A stretch of 64,000 nt of DNA from an uncultured Lentisphaeraceae bacterium (lineage in GTDB: Bacteria > Verrucomicrobiota > Kiritimatiellia > RFP12 > UBA1067). Location: NCBI GenBank assembly GCA_964406095.1, contig CAYOQJ010000039.1, positions 103,630 through 167,629 of the forward strand, written 5' to 3'. Positions 40,126 through 49,357 of the stretch are shown here, piece by piece. Position 1 is the stretch's first letter. The number at the start of each line of letters is the position of its first letter. The notes beneath the pieces are model-generated. The model saw only the letters and a list, made by a program, of their open reading frames with translations. It was not told the origin of the DNA and did not search any database. A program made the translations under genes and the position numbers.

Positions 40126-40154
40126 AAAAGAGCTGCTCCTGAGAAGCAGCTCTT
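40126..40154 (-). terminator. Terminator hairpin between convergent pfp and PATR genes
   Basis: AAGAGCTGCT / AGCAGCTCTT 10-bp stem; U-tract on the minus strand. Confidence 0.65.
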
Positions 40155-40161
40155 CAGTTTT

Positions 40162-42543
40162 TTAGAACACAATCATCAGCGTGCCGGGATCAAAGTAGCG
40201 AGTGGCGGTGTATGTTCCGTTTATTATGCTGCCGTCACCCCGGACACCGCCGATGAGCTGGTCGTGCCCGCCGAGATCGAGTGTCGCACCCTCCGTCACA
40301 TAGACCACCATGTTGGTGATTGCGTCGTCGGCGTTGAGTTTCAGTGTGCCCTCTTCTAAACAGATATCACCGCCGCACGGACTGTTGGTGGAGGTGATCT
40401 CCATTGTGCCGGAACCGATCTTGCGAAAACCGCCCGCACCTTCGAAAAGACCCGAGAAGTAGATGGTGTTGCTACTGCTGTTGAATGTTACCGCTTCCGT
40501 GCAGTTGGTGCCCAGTAGTGTCGCGTTAATCGGTATGTAGATGTCGGTAACCGCTATGATTTCGGCTCCGAGTCCGCCGAGTTCCAGCAGATAGGTTGAG
40601 GTCTCAATCCGGTCGTTGTCGATCGCGTTCAACTCCGGCTCTGCCGCGGTGGGCGAGCCTAGAAAGAGTTTGCCGCCCGCCAGCGTGAAGCGTCCGTAGC
40701 CGGCTGTGGTATCGTCGCGTTCATTGAGCATCACCCGCATGGTGTAAATCTCGCCGCCGGTTACATTCAGCCACCCCTGTCCGTCGGTGGCCATGCAGAT
40801 GTCATAATTGTTCTGACATATCATGGTGCCGCCACTCATCTTCCAGAAGGTGCGCGCCCGAGGATAATGGGCCATGCGAAAGCCGTTACCCTCAGAGGTC
40901 GAGCCGGTGGAGACGATAACGCCTCCGCTTTGATTGACAACGCTGGTGATGTTGTTGCCGGAGAAATCCGGCAGATCGTTGCCACACACAAAATACTTTG
41001 AGGTTATGGAGCAGCCTTCGGGGACGTTCAGCACCGCGTACATGTTGGTGGGGGGAGAGTCGTAGGTGCCGCTTGTTGTCCAGCGATCCGCCATCACAAC
41101 CGCGCGGGTTGGCAGGGTGAGTGCGGTGTTGTTCGTCAGAGTCAGGGTGCCGTCGCAGATATACAGGTTTGGACAGTCATGCGAGACGCTCTCTGAAAGC
41201 AGCATGTTGCCGCCGTTGCGGATGATCACTTTGCCCGCGCCGTTGAATTTGTTGCTAACAGTATGGGTGCCGGAACGGTCATAAAAGAGCCGCGCGCCTA
41301 TGTTGACGGTCACATCGCCCACTCCCAGAGAGCCGCCGTCTTCAGCACCGCCGAGTTGGCCGACATAGAGGATGCGATCATTGTTGAGGGTGGTGGTTCC
41401 CTGATAGCAGTTGCCGCTGTTGAGCAGGAAGTTTTTGCCTGGGCCGGTCACAGCCAGATTACCCGGGCCGTCGATTAAGCCGCTGATCGCGATGATACAA
41501 CTCGCGATGCGCGAAGATATATTGAGTTGGTTGCTGACGGTCAGGTGGCCGCTGTAGGTTACAGCCGCACCATCTGCTCCCTGTCCTATTGAGGGGTTGG
41601 CACCGGTGAAGTAGATACGTTCGCCGGTTGCCCGCTCGCCATGAGCGTAGAGAAAAGCATTGTTGACGTAGGTGGGATAGTCGGTGCCACCCAGTGTCTG
41701 ATTGTTCTGGATGGTGATTCTGCCTTCATTGATGATAATCGTGCAGTTTAGAATCGGACGTGAACAGGCGATCGATTCCGAACCGATTTTAGTCAGTGTG
41801 AAACCGTTGCCGATGACGGGGTACTGGCTGTTCAGATCCCAGCGGTTCTGCGCTGACACTGTCGTGTCTCCCGCCAGTGTAAGTTGCCCGAAACTCTGAT
41901 TGAAAGCTGTACCGGCTGAGGAAGAGAAGATCGCTCCGCTACCGTTGACGCCCGCACCGGCTACGGTTATGTGATCATCGCGACTTGTATCGTAGGCACC
42001 GTTCAGGTCAAGCGCGGCGCCAGCTTCTATGACGACTTCATTGCCATCGCCGGTTGCACCGAGAGAGGCCGGTAGCGCTTTCGCCATTTTGAGGATACCC
42101 TCCTTGATGTGGGTGATTCCGGCGTAGTAGTTGTCGGCAGCCAGATGGAGCGTGCCGTCACCCTCTTTGTTCATTCCGCCGGTACCGGTAAGCGACTCTG
42201 ATATGATCGCGGTACAGTTGCTTGCCACGGTGACAGGTGTCGGCGCGTCCGACAGCCACAGCGTGCCGTTTTTATCGGCGTCGGTGATTTCGTAACCGTC
42301 AACCTCGAAGGTCAGGGCGCTTACGCTTAGGCCCGCACCGACATCTATTGTTTCGCCGCTGCCGCCGAAGAGGGCGCTGTTGCCATTGGTTCAGATGGTG
42401 CCGCTTTCCCAGTTGGTTTCAGTGAAATCCCAAGTGTTGGCGGCACTGGTGTCATCCCATCGCTGTTCAGCGGCTGTTGTAACGAGTGCCGCCGCACTCA
42501 GGAGTGAGCCGAGTTTAAAATAAGATTTGTATTTTATGATCAT
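40162..42543 (-). pseudogene. Second PATR surface protein, 793 codons, with one in-frame TGA at 42393-42391 (codon 51)
   Basis: SD AGAGG plus ATG 42543; signal-like N-terminus; NWESGTI*TNGNSALFGG then 54 open codons joining the 688-aa ORF; KEGDGTL.L...N.Y.G.T repeats; C-terminus PGTLMIVF. Confidence 0.85.
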
Positions 42544-42743
42544 AATCAAAGACCTCTCTACTATTATGTTACAATACAATGAAAACGAACCACGATACAA
42601 CAGTTCAGATGGTAAGACTTTCAGCCTTGGAAGAAAAGTAAAATTTATGATATTTAAAATTACACCTGCGGTGAAGATGGGAGTGCGTTTAGATCAGCGG
42701 CCTACTTGCAGGTGTGGCACAGCAAGTGCTATGATAACAGAGT

Positions 42744-45257
42744 ATGAACTTTAAATACCGTAAATATAGGGTGTTGGTCGTATTGTTGCTTGTGCTGGCT
42801 TGCACATTGGCTCGCGCTGCTTATGATGTCAGCACTGGTTGGTCTAGTTATGTGGGCGGCACCTGTGACAGGGACGGAGTGTACAGTATGCTGATTGACG
42901 CGGGCGAAAATCTCTGTTTCGCCGGATACCTCGGCTCCCAGTCCTTGATCAACGACCAGTCGCTGGCGCCCACGGAGTTTCCCTATGAACTCGGTGCGCG
43001 TGACGTTTTTGTGGCTCAGGCTTCCGGCAGCGGTGAGCTGCAGTGGTACAGTGTGCTCGGAGATGTCGGCAACGATGAGGTGCGGGGAATCGCTGCCGAT
43101 ACTCAAGTTGTTTACGCTGGCGGATTGATCGGCCATACGTCAGCCCAAGGAGATGATGGCAGCGATGCTGTGCTGTACGCGCTTGCCAAAACCGACGGCT
43201 CACTGATCTGGAGTAATCCTCTGGTTGTGGGTGATATGTACTCTACCAACGGTTTCAACGCGGTCGCCATCGATGAAGCCGGTAATATCTATGCGGTTGG
43301 TTATACAGGGATCGAGCAAATCGAGAGTGTGCCGGGGGTGCCCGGTTACACAGTCGGCGGACGCTCATACGGGCAGTCGCTGCAGGGTGATCTGGATGCC
43401 TGTGTGCTCAAGGTATCGTCTACGGGAGTGCTGCTGTGGGCGCACTACCTCGGGGGTGATCAGCGCGATGCGGCTCTGGTTTGTATGGTCGGCACCAACG
43501 GGGCGGTGTATGTCGGCGGAGAAACCTGCTCGACCGGGTGGGTCTCGGAGGTCAACGGTGTGTTGCCCTCTGCCAGCAGCAAAGCCGGCTTTCTGGTTAA
43601 ACTCACGCCTGATGGCGAACATCTGTGGTCAACCTATCTGGGGGGCGGCAGTAGCGACAGCGTCAGCGGATTGGCCTATGATGAGATCAGTGGCAGGATT
43701 TTTGCAGCCGGAACCACGACTTCGTCGGATTTCATGTCGCAGGAGGTGCGCTTGAATCAGCCGCCTGGCAAAGGCGATGGATTCGTCTGTTCAATCACCG
43801 ACGGCGCTAACGAACCCTTGATCAACTGGAGTCGCTTCTACGGCTCAGCTGTGAGTGACACTCTTGATTCAATCTGTGTGCTTGATGACAATGAACTGGT
43901 GATCGGCGGCACCTCGCCAAATGGAAGCTGGTTGAGCGAAGCGGCCACTGCGCACAGCGGCGGTCAGGATGGCTATCTGATTGTGATCTCGTTGGAAGCG
44001 GGCGAACTTTTGTGGTCCAGCTATCTCGGCGGTGGCTCAGAGGAACAGCTCGCCGCGCTTGCCGCGCGGAACGGCGTGTTCTATGCCGGTGGCATGACTG
44101 CATCTGAGGGCTGGGTCAGTGGTGGATTTCGGGAAACCTGGGATGATCCCTTCGGTGATCTGTTGGAACTTGGTTTTCTGGTCAGATATCAGAGCGCAGG
44201 CTATTCGCCTGACGCCCCCGGGATCGTCATCCAGCCGCAGGCGGTGACCGTCGAAGAGCAGCATGACGCACCCTTTTCAATCGTTGCCTCAGGTACAGAG
44301 CCGCTCTTCTATCAGTGGCGTGTCAACGGGATCGACAGGCCGGGCGCAACCGCTGCCGACTTCACGCTGCATAGTGTGCAGCTCAGTCAGGATGGCGATC
44401 TCATAAGCTGCCTGGTCAGTAATGTAGCCGGAGCACTTCTCAGCGACGCCGTAGCACTGAATGTCACCGCCATTCCCAACGGTTACGTTCAGATCAACCT
44501 GACGCCGGACGGAGCTGTCGCAGATGGTGCCGCCTGGAGCATCGACGCCGGCGGGACCTGGCACGATAGCGGCGAAACGGTCAATCTGACCACCGGTGTT
44601 TATGCGATTGTCTATCAGGAGGATATCTTCGGCTGGGCCGCACCGGAAACGCCGATTGTAACAACGGTTCAGAATGGCGTGACCAATACTCTGAACGCAG
44701 AGTACACCCAGATTCTCTACTCTAACTACCGACAGATAAACGGCACCAATGTGACGGTTTTCGTCGAGCCGCCGGCAGATGCCACTCAGATTTACATTAC
44801 TGAAACACTGCCTAAGGAACTGGAGCCACGCAACTATGCGCCGCTGCAATGGGATGATTCTATTCGCCAGCTTCGTTATATTAGCATGGACAGTACTCCG
44901 AAGCAGTTTACCTACTCCGTCACCGGTGCGGATGGCGAATACCAGCTCAGCGGCACGGTTAATTTTGGATCGGGTGCTGTAACCACTGTCGGAGATGATC
45001 TGATTGTGATCGGTGCAACCCAGCCTGATCCGCCACCGCCGGATATCATCGGATTTGTGCCGCACACTCTGATGCCGGAGAGCTTTCTGCTGACCTTTAT
45101 TTCGGTGGCCGATCAGCAGTATCTGATAGAGACCAATGCCGCGCCGTCGGCGCAAGGATGGGCCGGGCAGCAGCAGATCAGCGGGCAGGCGGAACAGACC
45201 GGCGTTGCGGTTCCAGCGGAGGGAAAATCGCTCTTTTACAGGATAAGAATTCCCTGA
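42744..45257 (+). CDS. Secreted SBBP beta-propeller repeat + Ig-like domain protein
   Basis: Signal peptide; repeated W..YLGG...D and D..GNIYAVG; QPQ...GTEPL.YQW Ig domain; C-terminal FYRIRIP. Confidence 0.82.
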   Translation: MNFKYRKYRVLVVLLLVLACTLARAAYDVSTGWSSYVGGTCDRDGVYSMLIDAGENLCFAGYLGSQSLINDQSLAPTEFPYELGARDVFVAQASGSGELQWYSVLGDVGNDEVRGIAADTQVVYAGGLIGHTSAQGDDGSDAVLYALAKTDGSLIWSNPLVVGDMYSTNGFNAVAIDEAGNIYAVGYTGIEQIESVPGVPGYTVGGRSYGQSLQGDLDACVLKVSSTGVLLWAHYLGGDQRDAALVCMVGTNGAVYVGGETCSTGWVSEVNGVLPSASSKAGFLVKLTPDGEHLWSTYLGGGSSDSVSGLAYDEISGRIFAAGTTTSSDFMSQEVRLNQPPGKGDGFVCSITDGANEPLINWSRFYGSAVSDTLDSICVLDDNELVIGGTSPNGSWLSEAATAHSGGQDGYLIVISLEAGELLWSSYLGGGSEEQLAALAARNGVFYAGGMTASEGWVSGGFRETWDDPFGDLLELGFLVRYQSAGYSPDAPGIVIQPQAVTVEEQHDAPFSIVASGTEPLFYQWRVNGIDRPGATAADFTLHSVQLSQDGDLISCLVSNVAGALLSDAVALNVTAIPNGYVQINLTPDGAVADGAAWSIDAGGTWHDSGETVNLTTGVYAIVYQEDIFGWAAPETPIVTTVQNGVTNTLNAEYTQILYSNYRQINGTNVTVFVEPPADATQIYITETLPKELEPRNYAPLQWDDSIRQLRYISMDSTPKQFTYSVTGADGEYQLSGTVNFGSGAVTTVGDDLIVIGATQPDPPPPDIIGFVPHTLMPESFLLTFISVADQQYLIETNAAPSAQGWAGQQQISGQAEQTGVAVPAEGKSLFYRIRIP

Positions 45258-45625
45258 CAATTTTTGCGATTTGGGCCTTCACCTACTGTCCGCTCCAAAA
45301 CTTCCGCTTTTAAACTCTACGGGGCGCATTTGCAAATCGTTGCGATGGAGATGAGTGTTGCACTTTTTAACCAAACAGCGCACTACAAGTGTAAACCTAA
45401 AAACCGCAGATGCGGCAAAACTGGCAACCCCTTGCGGTTTGAAATCCAGAAACTTCTTCACCCATTGGGTGAAGCTTATAAAATTAACAAATTCCTTATT
45501 AACAATCATTTAACTTAGTTTCTGAATTTCAAATGCCGTAAATAGGTAAAAACAGCCCCTGCAATGCGCTGATTATCTCAATCATTCGGTTGCATTGTCA
45601 ACACAAACCTTATACAATTTTGTTT

Positions 45626-46273
45626 ATGAAAATTCTCATTACCGCCGGACCCACACGTGAATACATTGATCCTGTCCGTTTTCTCAGCAACCGTTCTTCC
45701 GGCAAGATGGGTTTCGCCATCGCGGAAGCAGCTGTTAAAAGAGACCATGAGGTCACTCTGATCTCCGGTCCTGTTCTGCTCGGAACGCCGCCAGATGTTA
45801 CGCGTATAGACGTTGAAAGTGCCGAAGAGATGCTAGCGGCGGTGAGCAGAGAGCTCTCCGGCAACGATGCGCTTGTGATGTGTGCGGCGGTATCCGATTT
45901 TCGTCCCAGGATTCGAGCCTTTCACAAACTGAAAAAATCGGCCATGCCTCCGGTGATAGAGCTCATTGGCAATCCGGATATCCTACGATGTGTGAAACCA
46001 CAGAAAAGCGGGCGTATTTTTGTGGGATTCGCGGCGGAAACCGATAACATACACGTTGAGGCAGAGCGCAAGCTACACGAAAAGGGGCTCGATCTGATTG
46101 TTGCTAACGATATCAAGGAGTCGGATGCTGGTTTTGAGGCCGACACCAACCGCGTTATCCTTGTATATCCTGACCGTGAACCGGAATCACTGCCTCTGAT
46201 GACAAAGTTTGACCTAGGCGGAAAGCTGATCGAATTCATTGAGTTGAAAGCGGGAAAGTCGCATACAGACTGA
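45626..46273 (+). CDS. coaB: Phosphopantothenate--cysteine ligase (stand-alone CoaB domain)
   Basis: [48 protein letters not shown]; no CoaC domain. Confidence 0.88.
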   Translation: MKILITAGPTREYIDPVRFLSNRSSGKMGFAIAEAAVKRDHEVTLISGPVLLGTPPDVTRIDVESAEEMLAAVSRELSGNDALVMCAAVSDFRPRIRAFHKLKKSAMPPVIELIGNPDILRCVKPQKSGRIFVGFAAETDNIHVEAERKLHEKGLDLIVANDIKESDAGFEADTNRVILVYPDREPESLPLMTKFDLGGKLIEFIELKAGKSHTD

Positions 46274-46412
46274 AACTGGCCACACAGATGTCAGCTCCGC
46301 AAGCTCGCTCTGAATTTATTCCGGGAACGGTCATAAGCTAATCACAGAAGCAAGAACAACACAAAAACAAAGTCGGGCAGTTTTGCTTCTCCGAAGCTAT
46401 CCCTTACATCCG

Positions 46413-47987
46413 TCACGTTTCGACATCGATCAATTTGACCTCCACACTATCCAGCAGTGCCTGCCAGGATGCCTCGATTATATTTTCAGAGACGCCCACG
46501 GTACCCCAGCTGCGCCGGCCATCACCGGATTCGACCAAGACGCGTGTCACAGCACGTGTGGCATTCTTGGGATCGAGGATACGCACGCGGTAGTCGGTCA
46601 GTGAAACTGTATCAATCTCAGGGTAAAACCGCACCAGTGCTTTGCGCAAAGCCTGGTTCAGCGCGTCAACCGGTCCTTCGCCCTCGCCGGCGGTCAATTC
46701 GGTTTCACCTTTTACCCTGACTTTGATGGTCGCCTCTGAAATGCAGGGCTCCTGCGGGCCGCGTTTTTCGACTATACAGCGAAAGCCCAGCAGCTCAAAG
46801 AAGGGTTTATGCTGATCGAGAATTTTGTGGAGCAAAATTTTAAAGGAACCATCGGCCGATTCATATGAGTAGCCCTCGTTCTCCTTGTTTTTTACTGCGG
46901 CGAGCACTGACCCGATCTGTTCTTTCGTTATGGCGCTTAAATCAACTCCGAGTTCCTCGGCTTTCATTCTGACGTTGGTACCACCAGATAGTTCGGAGAT
47001 CAGAATGCGGCGTTGATTACCGACCGCCGCCGGGTCGATATGTTCGAAGGTGGCGGGATTTTTCCGGACGGCGTTGACATGCGCACCGGCTTTATGGCTG
47101 AATGATGCGCGTCCGACATACGGACGTCTGGGATCGGTGCGCTGATTGGTAAGATCATCGGCCACAACCGAAACTTTATGCAGCTTCTTCAAGTTCTCGC
47201 TGCCTACACAGACGAATCCCATTTTAAGTTCCATTGAAGGTATAATTGTGATCAAATTGGCATTGCCTGTGCGTTCACCGTAGCCGTTGATGGTGCCCTG
47301 CACATGACGCGCACCGGCACGAACAGCCTCCAAGGCGACAGCCACACCCAGTCCGCTATCGTCATGGGTATGCGCACCAATCTCCACATCGGGGAAGTGA
47401 CGGCAGACCCGGCTGGTTATTTCAAATGATTCATGCGGCAGGGTTCCGCCGTTGGTATCGCACAGCACAAGAGCGTAAGCCCCCTCGCGTACAGCGACTT
47501 CGAGAGATTTAAGGGCATATTCGGGATTATTTTTAAAGCCGTCATAGAAATGTTCGGCATCAAAAATGATCTTACGTCCTTGTGATTTCAGGTGACCGAC
47601 GGTATCGGCAATCATCTGCAGATTGTTCGTGGCGGTTGTACGCAACACATCGGTCACATGCAGCAGCCAGGATTTACCGTAGATGGTGACGTACTCGGTA
47701 TCGGCCGCCAGCAGTCCGGCCAGTTGAGGGTCCGCGGCGGCATCCATATCGGCCCGGCGGGTACTTCCAAAGGCCACAATACGGGCGTGAGAGAGCTTTT
47801 CGCGGCGTATATCCTCAAAAAACTTGCGATCACGCGGATTTGAACCGGCAAAACCGCCCTCGATATAATCGATACCGAAATCATCGAGCATTCGGGCGAA
47901 ACGCAATTTGCCGCTATCTGAAAAAGAGACGCCTTCACTCTGTGCGCCGTCACGCAGAGTGGTATCATATGTAAAAACTTTTTCCAT
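46413..47987 (-). CDS. cimA: Citramalate synthase (alpha-IPM synthase family)
   Basis: YDTTLRDGAQSEG, GKSW..HV, FDAEHFYDG, CDTNGG, HKAG.H, WGTVGVSENIIEAS. Confidence 0.88.
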   Translation of the reverse strand: MEKVFTYDTTLRDGAQSEGVSFSDSGKLRFARMLDDFGIDYIEGGFAGSNPRDRKFFEDIRREKLSHARIVAFGSTRRADMDAAADPQLAGLLAADTEYVTIYGKSWLLHVTDVLRTTATNNLQMIADTVGHLKSQGRKIIFDAEHFYDGFKNNPEYALKSLEVAVREGAYALVLCDTNGGTLPHESFEITSRVCRHFPDVEIGAHTHDDSGLGVAVALEAVRAGARHVQGTINGYGERTGNANLITIIPSMELKMGFVCVGSENLKKLHKVSVVADDLTNQRTDPRRPYVGRASFSHKAGAHVNAVRKNPATFEHIDPAAVGNQRRILISELSGGTNVRMKAEELGVDLSAITKEQIGSVLAAVKNKENEGYSYESADGSFKILLHKILDQHKPFFELLGFRCIVEKRGPQEPCISEATIKVRVKGETELTAGEGEGPVDALNQALRKALVRFYPEIDTVSLTDYRVRILDPKNATRAVTRVLVESGDGRRSWGTVGVSENIIEASWQALLDSVEVKLIDVET

Positions 47988-48004
47988 AATTCACCGTTCC
48001 GGCA

Positions 48005-49357
48005 TTAAAAAAACGCCTGATAGAGTGCTTGTACCGCACGAGCCTGCTGATCGGTTTTAACTCCGAACACCATGCTTATTTCAGATGAACCCTGGTTAAT
48101 CATCTCAATATTCACTCCCACTTCAGAGAGTGCCGTTGTGGCTTTGGAAGCCATGCCTACGGTATAGTGCATGCCTTCTCCCACAACCACAATCAGGGCA
48201 TCGCCCCGCTGCACCATAACATCATCAGGCTGCATCTCGGCGTGGATACGTTTAACGACCCGTTCCTCACGCGCTGCGTCAAAATCTTTCTCATGGACAA
48301 TCACCGAGACATTGTCGATGCCTGAGGGCATGTGTTCATAGGAAACATTCTCATCTTCAAGAATCTGAAGCAGGCGCCGACCAAAACCGATTTCACGATT
48401 CATCATATATTTATCCACATAGATCGTACAGAACCCTATAGCACTGGCTATACCGACAACCTTGCCCTGTTCAACCCTTCGCGACTGTAGGATAAAAGTC
48501 CCTTGTTCTTCGGGCCGATTTGTATTACGCACATTTATTGGCACGCCGGCGCGCACAGCGGGCACAACCGCCTCGTCATGAAAAACTCCGAATCCGGCAT
48601 ATGAAAGTTCGCGCATCTCACGATAAGTCATTGCCGTTATACCCTGAGTTACAGTGGGCACCAGTTGCGGATCAACCGGATAAACGGCATCCACATCGGT
48701 AAAATTCTCATAGACATCGGCTCTAACGGCTACGGCCAGAATTGAACCGGTGATATCCGAGCCACCGCGGGGAAAGGTCGCAATGCGGCCTTCACGTGTG
48801 TACCCGAAAAATCCTGGAAAAACCACGATGTCATCACGAGCGTTCAGCACCTTAAAGAGATGCTGATAGGACTCATCGAGCAACTGGGCATTACCGAAAT
48901 CGTCGGTCAACAACATGCCGGCCTCATGCGGATCAACATAAACCGCTTTTATCCCGCGAGCCTGAAAGGCCTGTGCCACAATCTTGGCACTGTTGTCTTC
49001 GCCGGCAGCCTTCATGCAATCCAGAAACATTCCGTGATGTTTCTTGTCGCCTCCGAGGCGAAAACGCAAATCTTTTTCGATTTCCGCCACGATGCCAAAG
49101 GGCAGTTCGAGTTCCCGCTGTATTTCGGCGAAGCGTTCGACGAGAGCGGCCAGCTGTCGTTCATAATTCTCTTCGCGCAGTGCCAGCTGTGCGCACTCAA
49201 TCAGCATATCGGTGACTTTGACATCATCGGGAGCGCGTTTACCGGGTGCTGAAACCACGACAATCCGGCGATCCTGGTCAGAGACCACAATATCCACTAT
49301 TTTCGTTATTTGTTCGGCACTGGCGACCGACGATCCGCCAAATTTACATACTTTCAT
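48005..49357 (-). CDS. lysC: Aspartate kinase
   Basis: KFGGSS, VVSAPG, RGGSDITG, TDVD; two ACT domains. Confidence 0.92.
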   Translation of the reverse strand: MKVCKFGGSSVASAEQITKIVDIVVSDQDRRIVVVSAPGKRAPDDVKVTDMLIECAQLALREENYERQLAALVERFAEIQRELELPFGIVAEIEKDLRFRLGGDKKHHGMFLDCMKAAGEDNSAKIVAQAFQARGIKAVYVDPHEAGMLLTDDFGNAQLLDESYQHLFKVLNARDDIVVFPGFFGYTREGRIATFPRGGSDITGSILAVAVRADVYENFTDVDAVYPVDPQLVPTVTQGITAMTYREMRELSYAGFGVFHDEAVVPAVRAGVPINVRNTNRPEEQGTFILQSRRVEQGKVVGIASAIGFCTIYVDKYMMNREIGFGRRLLQILEDENVSYEHMPSGIDNVSVIVHEKDFDAAREERVVKRIHAEMQPDDVMVQRGDALIVVVGEGMHYTVGMASKATTALSEVGVNIEMINQGSSEISMVFGVKTDQQARAVQALYQAFF

